Below, piece by piece: positions 23,732 through 37,095 of a DNA stretch of 64,000 nt (within the stretch, counting starts at the first letter, position 1; every line of letters starts with the position of its first letter). Under the pieces are notes generated by a model that saw only the letters and a list, made by a program, of their open reading frames with translations, made no database searches and had not been told where the DNA came from. The stretch lies in contig CM052817.1 of NCBI GenBank assembly GCA_028534125.1, positions 87,360,001-87,424,000 on the forward strand, given 5' to 3'. This stretch comes from Lama glama. Taxonomy: Eukaryota. Made by a program: the position numbers and the translations under genes.

Positions 23732-26700
23732 TCCAGCCCTTCAGTACCTCGAAACCTTTATGATCTACTTGTTCACCTAATTTATCACTGGGAACATCTT
23801 TTCCTCCTTTAGTTCCTTCCAAAACCTCATCCTTTCTTCTACCACTTTACCAACCCAATCCAGTGGGGTTTCCCCTCGCCATTTCCTTAATGCTTATTCA
23901 GTTCAGAACTTAAATCATTACCCCTGACAAATTGTAGTGAAACTTTCCTCAAAAACAAGAAAAGTTTAATTTTAATTCGAAAATCTTCCCAGGAGGTGAA
24001 AAAAAATATTGGAATGTCATTCTTTCAATATTAAAAAAAAAAAAGATCATTAGAGGTGGGCTTCCATTTTTTAAAAAGGTTGAATTCTTTATCATGTCTT
24101 GTAAACATGGTTTCATGTACATTAATTTATTGCAATACATATAGTATGAAACAACTTACTGCCATCTGAATTAAACATTTTTTCTTGACAACATGAATCA
24201 CATTATGTTTTATAAAATGGGGAATTCTAATCTGTCAGTACTCAATAGACATTTTCTGCTGGTAACTTCTTTTCAGGTAACAATACAAAAACTAGCTCTT
24301 TTTTTTTAGATAATTGTATAGAACTTACAAACACAGAGAGAATAGAACAGTTTCCACCAAAATATACAAGAGTTTGAAATCTGAATTTTCATAGGAAACT
24401 GAAAAACAGATGTTCATTTGATTTACCACTAAGAACATTTCAATAAAATTCAGGCCTGTCTATGTGACCTATATTATATGATTAAAGATTTTTAAAATTG
24501 GGGAGATATTTCATAATATGATTTGACTATATTATTCCATGAATATACTACTATACTTCTAATCATCTGTGGAAATAAAGTGTTTGGACTGCTTATATTA
24601 AATTTCTGAAATTCCAAATAAATGATTTATTGAGACCTAGATGGTAACCTTCTTAATACGTACCTAATGTTGAACTGTATAAAACTATTTATTAAAACTA
24701 TAAACTGATACTCATGATAGTATGTGTTAAAGCTTTATTTAGAGAATTACTCTTCTGTTATTTTGGCTGTATATACACATATATCTTCTTTATTAAAATA
24801 TCAACACCATTCTCTATATTCACTTATGGAATTTTTGTTTAGTCATAGCTAATATGACTAAATGTATAGTGCTTAGATAATACAAATCTGATTTGTAAAT
24901 AGAGTCTCATTTTCAGAGGAGTGTGCATGTGTATATATGTCCACCAATTGCTTCACTCCTTTATCTCAGGAAAAACTTATCATAAGGTATGCAGTAATGC
25001 TTTGCACATAATTTCTAAGGAATAAGGGAATAAGCTTTCATAAATTATTTTAAAAACTTTTAGAAAATACTTACATAATCCTTAGTTTTAAACTACATAT
25101 ATTTGCTGTTATTTTAATTTCAGTATATTAAAAATTATTTTCTCCAAACAGAGTTATATCATCATTTCAGTCATGGCAAGCGAAAATATTTATTTAAATC
25201 TGTGTTCAGAAATAAAGCAAGAAATAAGATATTTTTCAGCCAAGAATAGATTTCATAAAATCGTAAGATAAAGAGTGAGAAAGGTATAGATAAAAAGTAG
25301 AACTGCTAAGGGCGCTGTGCTTCAAGTAGACAGAACAGCCATCTCGATGGCGGCTATCCATGAATTTTAAAGGAAGTGAACAAGAAAACCAGTGAACCTT
25401 TAACTGACATTTTTTAAAGTTCACTAGACTTGGGAGAGATTCTAGAGGATTTGAAAGCAGCAAACATGACTACGTTATTTCAAAGGGGTCAAGACAGAAG
25501 CAAAAAAAATATTATGAGAGCAGCAAGTTGAGGAAATTCTTGCTAACTAAAGCTACATGCTGAAAGAATACTAGAAAAAAATTAATTTAAAATAATCAGC
25601 ACAAATAGACTCACTGGATAATATGCTTAAGTAATATAAACAGCACACGCAAGAAAATACAGGTTTAAAATTGAAGTCCAAGTTGATACTGAAATAACCC
25701 TTGAGGAGTTGCAAACATTGAAGAAAAGGAAAGTAAAATGTTACAGTATTTGAAATGTTTTAAGAGAGTAATGAAAAGAATATAAAGACCATACTTTTAA
25801 TTTAGGAAAGATTGATTTGGTACAGCCTCTAACCTAGAGATAACTAAGTTGCAGAGTGCAAAAGCCCACTCAAATGGGTTCGCATGAAGGAGAGTATATA
25901 ATAATCGTCATCAGAGCTTCCCATGGGACCTACATTTTAGGAAAATCTTCACACAGCTGTGCTAAATGACTCTCTGAGTCTATTTTCTCCATTGAATCTC
26001 CCTTTCTCTCCACCCCCACTTCCCTCTCCCCTCTCTCTAGTTCTGTCAGCTTTTGTCTTTAAAGGTTCTTAGTCTTCTTCTTTCACAATGGCAAAATCGT
26101 TTTGGACTAGTGCAGTTCTGTCCCTGACATGAAATGAATTTCTTAAATCCAGTGGCTGTCACTATAGGTCTAACCACATGCTTCTTAATTCAAATTTTAG
26201 AGAAATCAGTAGGCTTAGGTTGAGTTAAGTGCCCATCATTGAGTCAGTAAACTGTGTCAAAAAAAAAAATCAGTCATCTGGACTCCCAGCTCCACACTTT
26301 AATCAGAGGCTGCAGCAGTGTACTTTCAAGAAAGAGATGGTACAGATAATTTAAATCTGAGCTCAGTATAGAAGGACCTGCTTGAAGACTTTGGAGACAT
26401 TGTTCAACTCAGGTTCATGATTATGAGAAGGACATAAGTCGTATACCTTGCGTGTTAGTGAGAGAACAAGTGTATGTCTGTACTGTACTATATATGACAA
26501 AATAATGCTACAATTATTACTGGTTCTTATTCTGGCTTTGATTTTTATCCAATAAGCAATAGGTAGCCATTGACAATCTATAGATAGGTGATGACTAATA
26601 AAATAGATTTATATTTTAGAAATATTTCTCTTTCATTAATATTATTAATTTTCTAACATTAACATAATAGATATTTTGGATAGGGAAAACAAATGATGTA

Positions 26701-26989
26701 GTTATTCGATTCACAATATTATAGTTGAAATATTACAAGGGCCTTATATAAGAAGTGATTAATAAGTCTGGCAAGGAGGAACTGGGCATCAAAGACATGT
26801 AAAATCTCTAGAATTAATAGGACCCAGCAAATAATTAAATCTAAAAAGAGAAGAACAAAAATTGTACCCATATTCACGGTGTAGGTGACTTTTGGGTAAA
26901 AGTGCAAATCACTACAATGATGAACACTGAAGAAGTAAAATGTTTAGTGTGTGACTAGAGAGGGAGATTGGGGGATGGCATCCATCAGA

Positions 26990-27450
26990 GTTGTTTTTTT
27001 TTTTCAAACAATAGAAACTGATATATTTAAACAGAAAAAGGAATTATTGGAATCTTATTAAGTGGGTTACAAAATGCAAATGATGTCTACAGAACTAGGC
27101 TCACAAAATTGGCAGAATGTCAGGCAGTGAGAATGTTCACACCACTGCCATGCGGGAGCAGTGTCAGTAGGCACCACTGTGGCAAGCCTGCTTGTGGTCT
27201 CTTGGTGCCATCCCAGCCACCTGCACCATGAACAATTTGCAATTTTTTATCGAGTCTCCCTGCTATTAATTCTAATTAATAATTAATCAATAACTGCTAT
27301 GGATTCAAGTCTCAGAGAAAAGCTAAGTAATCAGCCAAATCTACATCATGTGTCATAGTTTGACATCAGGAAAGGTTTTTGGCTTCCTTTCTAGAAGATA
27401 AAATCCTGTCCTGCCACCCAGGAAACCATCCAGGGTGTTCTGCTCAAATA
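26990..27450 (-). mobile_element. Old MaLR LTR (MLT1K/L-like)
   Basis: CAAACAATAGAAACTGATATATTTAAACAGAAAAAGGAATTATTGGAA resembles an antisense MLT1 3' end. Confidence 0.5.
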
Positions 27451-27559
27451 AAAAGTGTTTTCAGATGTTAGCTGGCTGAAAAATGAAACAATAAATAAAA
27501 TGACAAATGTCCTCTATGAAGAGTAAATGAGTGAGAAACCTCTGTGGAATATTCTGCCT

Positions 27560-28050
27560 ACAGAGTGGCATGTGTGATTTTGGAAACTCAAATAAAGGTT
27601 CAGGGTTTTTACTTGTCAATGTATGGGTATTTTCTGAAGCTGTATCAGTAGAATTGGTCACTCAGGGGGTAAGTCTAGATTAGATGAGTAAAGACTGCAG
27701 AATATTAAGGATCAGTGACATTTGGACATAGAAAAAGAGATGGTGGTCCATCAAGGAGAATGTGAAGAAATAGTTAACAAAGCAGAAGAACTGAGAATGA
27801 GTAGTGTCCACAAAATAAAAAAAAAACAAGTTTCAGAGTAGAGATTAGACAATCAGGTTAAGAGCTACTGCAGTGGAGCAACACACCAACTGGGAACTAA
27901 ACTTAATAGTAGAAGGTCTGTGATGACTATTAATTCAGTGAAAGTTTGGAATAGAAGTCGATGATTATTGGATTTAAAGAGTAGTGGAAAATTATGAATT
28001 GAAAGTAGTAAGCATGAAATACATATATCTTTTTTCTTCAGTTTTTACTC
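27560..28050 (-). mobile_element. L2 fragment
   Basis: Purine-rich, collinear with antisense L2 (AAGGAGAATGTGAAGAAATAG...GAGTAGTGTCCAC...GTTTCAGAG...GAAGGTCTGTGATGAC). Confidence 0.6.
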
Positions 28051-28871
28051 TTAAAGAAATAAGAGAAAAATGGTGGACAGAAAGAAAAAGGCTTTTTTGT
28101 GTTCTTACTCCTGTGACTATTTGAGAATAACATTACTGTGATGATAGACTAATAGAAAGGAGGTTGTCGGTCCAGGGGTTGAAGTAATAGGTGAGAGGAA
28201 ATTCTGGAAAAGCTCCAGAAATGACACTTTATAATGAACGACTGTAATTATCAAAAGTCATGTTATCACTTTTTGGTTTCTCTCCTAAACTTGAATTTTT
28301 TTTTAAAGGAAGGAAGGAAGGAAAGAGGGGGAAAAGAAGGAGAAAGGAAAAAAGGAAAGGAATAATCTAATGAAAATACAAAAAAGCATAAAAAAGGGAA
28401 AAATTTTTTAAAAAAATTTATTGCAGAGGAGCATAGACAAGACACAATGTATTCTGCACAGGTATCAACTTATTTTTTTAAGAAAAGACAAGTACTTTTC
28501 TTCACACAAGCGAAATATTTTGTAACAATACCTTTAGATAAGGAATCCACTGACGTCTTCTCAGGCAAAAAGTTCTATATAAAGCAAAGGTAATTAGGGC
28601 CTCAGGTTATATATGAGCATCTAATGGCCCAATTAGTCCTTCAGGGAAGCTAGTTTTATCATTCTATTGTTTCCTCTGTAGTGTTTCCAATTTTAATGTA
28701 GGCTCCCTATGTAGAGAACTTGCTTTGTACTTTGACTGACTCCACTTGAAAAGTAAGAAACCTTTGAATCTAATTTATATACATACATCTCTCTCTCTCA
28801 CCCCCTCTCCCTCTCCTCATACTCACACATAGCGTAGCTCAAACAAGGTCAGTAAACATGTTGATGACCCC

Positions 28872-29353
28872 TGACAAATAACTTCTCCTTGATTAAACTT
28901 TAGTCAGCCTCATCCAATGCCCTAATCCACTAGGTCCCATCCTTGCCAGGCTATACAGGTCTAAGAGATCCTAATTTTAGCAAGAATTCGGCTAAGTCAG
29001 TTTAGAGTGAATCTCCCACCCTTAGCATCTGATCTCTCTCGATATGCAATCAAATTCCTTATCCTCCAGCATCCACCCAGGTGATGTCTGATCCCCTTGG
29101 CCTGCCTTCAGCAAGAATCTTGTTCCATCAGTCTAGAGGAATCCCTCTACCTTTGATGTCTCCTCTTAGTCATTTTCCATTCCCTCAGGACCCCTCAGTC
29201 CTGTTCCTTGGCTATAAATCCTCACTTTGCTTTGTCATATTCAGAACTGAGCCCAGTTGTCTAATGAGGTCTCTTTTCCCCTATTGCAATAGTTCCTGAA
29301 TAAAATCTCATTTTACCTCTTTAACTATTGTCCAGCTCTGGCTTTCCTTAGCA
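28872..29353 (+). mobile_element. Solo ERV1-class LTR (MER31-like)
   Basis: TGACAAA...CTCCTTGATTAAACTTTAGTCAG start, repeated AGCAAGAAT motifs, GGCTATAAAT TATA box, AATAAA, CA end. Confidence 0.85.
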
Positions 29354-29755
29354 TCTCCTTCAGTTCTAACATAATCTAAAGTGAGGTTCATCCATATATC
29401 ACATAAATGTTCATATATTCTATGGTATTACCAATAAAATAATTTTAAATATAATGTAACATTCTCCAACTTTCACTTAATAATTATGATTACTATTCAA
29501 TTAATTTTCACTCAGGCATGTTATAAATTTGCTTCCAAAGTATATATCCCTCACTTTGCTCTTTTTATTTGCAATGACTCATATCCCTTTAATTGATAAT
29601 ATTATATGATTGATTTGACCTTAGATGTTTCTAGCTTTGGTAAGATTAAAAATATTCTTTCTTATATTTCATAAAGTGATAGTCATTAAGGGCCATCCTT
29701 TATTATCAGATTAAAATGCTGTTTTATAATATGTGCATTTTCTATTAGTAAATGA

Positions 29756-29874
29756 GAATAGACTGGGATTTCAAAATTGTAGAATAGATAAACAAGATTA
29801 CACTGTATAGCACAGGGAAATATACACAAAATGTTATGATAAATCACAGAGAAAAAAATGTGAAAAAAAATAAA
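29756..29874 (+). mobile_element. Short L1 3' UTR insertion, truncated at both ends
   Basis: AGACTGGGATTTCAAAATTGTAGAATAGATAAACAAGATTA is identical to the L1 3' UTR at ~10168-10208. It ends in an A-run and is flanked by TAAATGA (29749-29755 / 29875-29881). Confidence 0.9.
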
Positions 29875-31423
29875 TAAATGAAGTAATATAAAGTCGTTTT
29901 AGAACACTTACATCATGGTGATAATTATAGGATATTATTATTCTCAATACATTTTATATCTTATCATCATTCTTCTTTATGTTCCACAGTTTAAAATGCT
30001 CTATAATGCATTCATATTTATTTAAAACAGAATGCAGAGAAATATATGAGGATTTGTACATTTTTGTTGCATGTCCTTTTTTATCAAGTGTTATCCAAAC
30101 ATCTGACATGATAACTAAAATTGTAAATAATCTATAAAACGTATCCTTACTGTCAAACCTTTCTTTCTCCAATGTAATTTGATAGAAATTAAAGAAGTGA
30201 TAAATTATAACAAGTCTGTTGTCTTGGTAAGTTACTTTATGACAAGTATGTTGCCATAGAATATAAAGAATTCACATATTCATTGGGCTATCTCACTTGT
30301 TTTATAGTCTAGAAAAACATCCATATTGATCTTTTGTCTTCTATTCCTGATGATTCTTTGTATGTTTCTTGGGAGTATCTTTTCAGGAGTCAAAAGCATT
30401 CTAGTCTATTTCTGTTTAGACCAATACTGCTGCCCTCTTTAAGATCTGGTTCATTTCATCCAAATGACTACTGGAGTTAGAAAAGAATTGCCAGTTTAGT
30501 AATTCCCTACTCTGCCCACTCCCTGCCAGTTTCCCCCAGGTCAGCCTTTGATTGGATGAGAAATTTATGCATTTTTGCACAAGTCTAATCAGAATGCATA
30601 CAGAAAAACTCAACTGCACAATAGAGATGACTGCAAAAGCCCCAGAGTTCATGTAAATAAGGGGGTGTTAGAGGCAGCCAATCTAGGACTCAAAAAGCTT
30701 GATTTGAGTGTACCCAAGAATAGCTACAGAAAAGCATCCCTAGTTTGCATTTTAGTAGATGAGATCTCCTTGACGACTTTTGCATCAAAGTAAGTTAGTT
30801 CAGCTCTTTAAGGAAATACAAAAGTATTATAGAAAGTGCTTTTTTTCTTAAGGCACAATCAAGGACTGCCAGCTAATTAAATTAGTTCACGTTTTTAAAG
30901 CACTTTATCACTACATATAGAAAATGAATGTGTTTTTCTCTCCCCTCAGGAATCAATTCAAACGTCATTAAAATCACTCAAAAATCCACCTCTTATCTAT
31001 GCCTGCCATTGGCATATACTAGCCAGTCAACTGTATGAGATGTTAATATATGCAATCTCACTTTTGTTTATTTTGTAATATTTGTATATGAAAGATGAAG
31101 TAAAGTAAAAATAGTGGTTTTCTCAGTTCTTATTTTGCATCAACCAGAACCAACTGAAATGCACATATTTTAAAGGGAGTTTTGGGGAATTGTCCAAAAA
31201 TCTCCATATTATTCTAAACTACTTGGTATGGAAATGTTCAATATTAATTTTGTTACAGCATAAAACAGTTGTGTGTCAGTTCTCCCCAAAATCTCTTTTT
31301 ACCTCCTCAAGGATTGGTCATATTTAAGGTTATATATTTCATCATAATTGCAGGTATGTAAAAAGATCATCACTGAGAGGTGGCATTATTCTTTTGCTTC
31401 CATGCTAATAATGGTAAACAGCC

Positions 31424-31928
31424 TGTGGTAAGTTGAAAATGCCACTCCTACCCCAGAGGTATGTCCATGTGCTAATCCTTGGAACTTGTAGATGTGGCCT
31501 TATTTGGAAAAAGGGTCTTTGCAAATATGATTAAATTAAGGAACTAGAGATGAGATTATCCTAGATTATCGTCCTAGATTATGGTGGGCTAATAATAATA
31601 ACAATTATGATGATTACGGTGGACCCTAAATGTCACCACAAGTGTCCTTATGAGAGAGAACCAAAGGGAGACTAGACACAAACACAAGGCAGAAGGTGAT
31701 GCAAAGACAGAGGTACTGATTAGAGTGATGAGGCCACGAGCCAAAGGACGCCAGCACCAACAGAAGCTAAAAGGGACAAGGAATGGATTCTCTCCCAGAG
31801 CCTCCAGAGATCACAGAGCCTCTGACATCTTGATTTTAGGACTGTGGCCTCTAAAACTGTGAGAGAAATTCTGTTGTTTTAAGCCACCAAGGTTTTAGTC
31901 ATTTGCTACAATAGCCTTGGGAAATTCA
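31424..31928 (+). mobile_element. MaLR solo LTR (MLT1C/D-like)
   Basis: TGTGGTAAGTTGAAAATG...CCTTATTTGGAAAAAGGGTCTTTGCA...GGAATGGATTCTCTCCCAGAGCCTCCAG...AACTGTGAGAGAAATTCTGTTGTTTTAAGCCACC. Confidence 0.9.
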
Positions 31929-34904
31929 GTCTCATCTCCTGGCCATTTTCCTTTTTTTTTTTTTTTTTTTTTTTGGCATTGTTCTGACTGTCAAGTGCCT
32001 AGCTGGGTAAGGTTCAAGTATGTTGACAAATCAAAATTCTTTCAATCCTTTCTTTATCTTTCCTACCTCAAATAAACCTGAGACTGTACTCTGAGATGCA
32101 AGTGTTTCTGTTGGAATAGAAGTAGCCAAACTAAAGTTCTTCGTCTGAAGTTATTCAGAGCTGACAATTTCAGGAAAACGGGATTCCTCATGATAGACTG
32201 ACAGTTGCCATATTTATGACTTGGAGCTTGATGCAAAAGCATCAACTAATGGCAAGTGTATTATGGTCTTTACTATCTTTATTCTGTATATATTTCCTAC
32301 CTTTTCTTATAAGTTGGGATGATTAGTTCCAATACAGTATTTAGATATTATTGTATCTTCTGACCAATTTTTAAGAATTTTTAATGATAAACAAATGAAA
32401 CATTATTTCAAAGTAAACTTTGAAACTGGATATTTATAAAATGTATTAGTTTTGATTCCTGTAGATATTACCCCTCTACCCAGGCAAAGCAAGCTTTTTT
32501 CCAACATTCTGCTAGTAACTTAGCTGGTCAGTTTAAGCTGGAAAAAAACAGAATAAGAGACAAACAGACAAACTAAAAGCCCAGTCAAAAGGTACTGTCA
32601 CTTATGTGATAAAGCATTATCTTATCTGCCACTGGAATTGTGTGTTGTAAAGTAAAGCAAAGTCTTGAAAACCAGTGCCTAGAACCACAAAGGGGAGAGA
32701 GACGGAGAGAGAGAGGATGGAAAGAGAGATCTCATACCTGCAGCAAGTCAGCATATTGACGTATCTTAGGGCTCTCAAGTAGTTAGTACTTGATTCAGGG
32801 CAGAAGTGGAGCTGCTCCACTCTTCATCTTCAAGTAAAGACGAATGGGCTTTCATAATGGACCTTGCTCTGACAATGGGAATAAATGACCGTGATATCTG
32901 AACACTTCCAAGGAGACCCAGAGATTCAATATGCAAAGTCTTTCATTTTATCTTTGAAAGTGCAGCCTTGGATTATTACTGACAGCCAAGATGCCGTTAA
33001 AGTAAAGGTCATGCAGCCTATTGACAATAATAAATTTTCAGATTTGGTATCTTTTTGCTGAGGCCTTCTCCATGTCATTTATCAAAGAAAAAAAAAAACA
33101 GGAAAAGGGGAAAAGAAAAAGAAATAATAGTACTACTTTGCCTTACTGTAGTTTAAAATATAAGCATTTCCCCGTTATTTCTGAATAAATACCAAAAAAA
33201 CTAGTTTTAAATTTTGTTAATAAAATTATTATCTAAGTTCCTAAGCAAGGATATCAAATCCTGTAAAACCTGGTAGTATAATATAGCTAAAATGAGTAAA
33301 TCTCTGTGTTGTGATAAAAGTTGACTGTATAGAGTAGGAGGTTTATTTTTTATTATGTATGTCTGAGGTTATTAGACCCTCCATATTTTGATTGCTTATT
33401 TTAATTATTGAATATTTCTTCCCTCAAAACCAACAAAATGTGGTTTTAAAATTCACTACTAAAGTGTTGTTGAAATGTAGAGTGTTAAACTGCATGGAGA
33501 TTTAGAAAATGATTTTCTTTTATATCAAAACTTATCTTCTTAGTGTAGCAATATATATATCTATCAGCAAAATTATCTATTTGTAAAGTTACACCTTCAA
33601 GATAACTTTATTTTAGAAATTTATTTATATGGCTTTCAATTTTCTTCCTTATTTGCATCATTCTTTACTCTTCACTTTTAATTTACAAGTTCCTTATATT
33701 CTCCATTCTTTTAATGTATGTATTTTATAATTTGCTGCAATATAGAAAAAATTAGTTTGGCTTAAGGTTTATTTATTTATTTGAAAGAATATCTTGGAGA
33801 AACTAAAACTTTCTGATTATAATGAACATAGCATGTAGAATACTTAATTCAACATACAAAATCTCCCTACCCCCGCCCCCTCCCAAAAAAGTTGATTTTT
33901 TTTATAGCATCATAGGATCAACATACGGGATAACAGAGGGAATCCACAGAAATCACATAAATTTGAAATAAAGTTCTGCTTTATCTAAAAACATAAGTAA
34001 AAATGGAAACTAGCAGCTCAGGACAGAGCTTTTCTGTTTGCATGAGTTCCCCCTGATGCACAATTAATGGCACTCCCCATAGGGAAAATTACCAGAGCTA
34101 TTGTTTATACCTAAGGTCTGAATTGCAGCCATGAAAATCATGTAACAGGAGAAGAAGCTGGAAACTTCAGCTATCTCTTTATTTAATTTATCATATTCCT
34201 TCAGCACAATCACAATTGGAGAACATAAAGGAAAACTTTCCAAGAAGAGGTTTATCCTAGCAGGGACACAGATTAATAATAATAATCTCTGCTATCAAAC
34301 TAGCAAAGCCCTTCAAGAGTAGTAGCAGATAGATCCAAATGCATCTTCACTGTGTAGATTCCAAGAACACTAGAGCAGCTGGGTAATGTTTTCTGAAAGT
34401 GTATGATGTACATTTTAGCAATCCATGGCTGTTAAGATTTAGACAGTGACAGAAAATAGTTTAAAATCTCACTATAATTTAACAAACATATAACAGTTCT
34501 CTACAGGGTGGCTAGTAGACTGTCATTTACTTTGGATGATATAAAACAGGGAAGGAATAGTCTGTACTGTGAACATTGTGAAAATATTTACATACTAAGA
34601 TTTCTTTAGCTTTATAGATATAATGTATATGAGAATTTTACTTAATTTTTAAATAAAAACATGGCAATGGAAACTAAGAAGTGTTTTATATCAAGAATTA
34701 ATGGCTAATATTAACAAGCAGAAAGTTTGCACTAATGTAAAATTTTTCGATTGAAAGCTATAAAACAGATTATGGTCCCTGGTATAGAACAAAAGTTCTA
34801 TATAATTTGATTGATTGGGTATAATTTAGTGACTCCACGCAAAAAGATCATAAATATAGAAAAAAGTAATATAGACAATAAAGAATTATTCTAACAATGA
34901 TATT

Positions 34905-35022
34905 AATAAATCTATGTTGGACATTTCTCATATACCAGAACAGATTGTTAGCTCTTTATATATATTAAATTATCTAAGCATCTCAAAACATATGTGCCTA
35001 GTAATTATTACCTTCTATTTTA
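34905..35022 (-). mobile_element. MIR fragment (left half; continues at ~36430-36480 after the L1)
   Basis: Antisense MIR tail up to ATTATTACCTTCTATTTTA, resuming as GGAGGCACAGAGGCAAACTTGGCCAA. Confidence 0.5.
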
Positions 35023-35033
35023 AATAAAAATAA

Positions 35034-35909
35034 ATGACCACAAAGATACCAAATTGCCAAAGCAACTTTGAGACAAAACATAGTTGGAAATATCATGCTC
35101 CCTGACTTCAGACTGTATTACAAAGCTACAGTAATCAAGACAGCATGGTACTGGCACAAAAACAGACACATAGATCAATGGAACAGAACAGAGAGCCCAG
35201 AAATAAACCACTCATTTTATGACAAAGGATGTAAGGATACACAATGGGGAAAAAGACAGCCTTTTTAGTAAATAGTGCTCAAAAAACTGGACAGCTACAT
35301 GTAAAAGAATGAGATTAAAACATTTCCTCACACCACATAGAAAAACAAATTAAAAACAGATTAAAGACCTAAATGTTAGACCTGAAATCAAAATGGAAAA
35401 AATAAAGTCCTAGAAGAGCACAAGCAGAACACTCCTTGACATAAATCTTTAACCATAGCAATATTTTTTTTGGATCTGTGTCCTATGGCAAAAGAAATAA
35501 AAGCAAAAATAAGCAAATACATTAAAAGCTTATATGAAGCAAAGGAAATCATTGACAAAATGAAAAGTCAACTTACTCAATGGAAGAAAATATTTTCAAG
35601 TGATATGGCTGAGAAGGGGTTAATATCAAAAATATATAAATAGTCCATACAACTCACTATCAAAAAAACAAACAACCAAGTTGAAAAATGGTTAGAAGAC
35701 CTGAATAGACATTTTTTCAAGAAGGTATACTGATGGCCAACAGATACATAAAAAGAAGCTCAATATTGTTAATCATCAAAGAAATGATACATACATTCCA
35801 ATGTTCATAGTAATTATTCATAATAGCCAAGATATGGAAGCAACCCAAGTGTCCAACAACAGATGAATGGATAAAGATGTGAGATATATACATATATATG
35901 TGTATATAT

Positions 35910-35941
<32 letters not shown>

Positions 35942-36400
35942 AAAAATGAATTACTCAGCCTTAAAAAAGAATTAAATTCCTCCATTTGCAACAATGTGGA
36001 TGGACCTAGAATTATGCTTAGTGAAATAAATCAGAGAAAAACAAACACTCTATGCTATCACCTACATGTGGAATCTAAAAAATAAAACAAATAAATGTAT
36101 ATAACAAAACAGAAACAGGCTCAGTGATACAGAACAAACTAGTGGTTACCAGTGGGGAGAGGGAAGAGGGGAGGGGCAAAATAAGGGTATGGGATTAAGA
36201 TGTACAAACTACTATATGTAAAATAAATAAGCAACAAGGGTTTATCGTACAGCATAGGAAAATATAGTCATTATTTTGTAATCATTTTAAATGGAGTATA
36301 ACCTATAAAATATTGAATCACTAAGTTATACACCTGACACTAATATAATATTATAAATCAACTGTAGTTCAATTTAAAAATTCAAAAATAAAATTAACAA
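35034..36400 (+). mobile_element. 5'-truncated L1 (late ORF2 plus 3' UTR), intermediate age, with an internal deletion
   Basis: [37 protein letters not shown] is L1 ORF2. The 3' UTR has a G-rich tract and ends TTGAATCACT...AAATCAACTGTAGTTCAATTTAAAAA. A (TA)n expansion lies at ~35884-35941. Confidence 0.95.
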
Positions 36401-36487
36401 TTTGACATCTATTAATTAATTAATTAATTTATTTATATTAATGGAGGCACAGAGGCAAACTTGGCCAAATTTACAGAGATATGATGG

Positions 36488-36582
36488 GCAGTTTCCTCAT
36501 TTATACAATGAAGGGGTTGATGCCTCCTCATAGCCTTATTATGAGGATTGAACTATACAGTGCCTAGTAGCTACTTTTATTA
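36488..36582 (+). mobile_element. MIR fragment
   Basis: CAGTTTCCTCATTTATACAATGAAGG...CCTCATAGCCTTATTATGAGGATTGAA...CAGTGCCTAG. Confidence 0.75.
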
Positions 36583-36829
36583 AAATTAAACATTTCAGAT
36601 TAATGTTGAAATCATTTATTACTTATTACAACTACATGAACATATTTTCTAAAATACAACTTTTATGGGGCTGCAAACCTACAGGAATCTACACTTCCTG
36701 TTCCCATTTAATAGATGCCGTTACTTTTTGTGTCCTAGCAAGGATGCTGAACTCTCTAAAATACTATCTTGAATTTTAGGGTAGATCATTTCAGTGAGGC
36801 TCTTTCCTCTGAATTCTTGGAATTTATTC

Positions 36830-37095
36830 GCTTTCTTTCACTATTTCATTTAGGAAATATTTTCCAAGCACCTATTAGTTGTCAGACACTTGTAAGTGTA
36901 GAGAACAGAATGGTGAACGAAACCAGAGAAGAATTCTGCACTCATTGAGCATATAATCTAGTCAGCAAAAACACTACTAACAGAGAGATAAATAAACAGG
37001 TCATAGTTCAGAGATCATAGGCCTTATGAAGAAAATAATGCAGAAAATAAGTGATGCAACATGTGTGGTGTGTGTGGAGGGGCATCTCAGATGGA
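36830..37095 (-). mobile_element. L2 3' end
   Basis: AAATATTTTCCAAGCACCTATTAGTTGTCAGACACT...TGGTGAACGAAAC...CTGCACTCATTGAGCATATAATCTAG. Confidence 0.75.

Noticed and set aside
23451..23822. 123-aa minus-strand ORF
   Set aside because: Non-ATG start; it runs through the 32-bp duplication and L2-like sequence; no recognisable domain.
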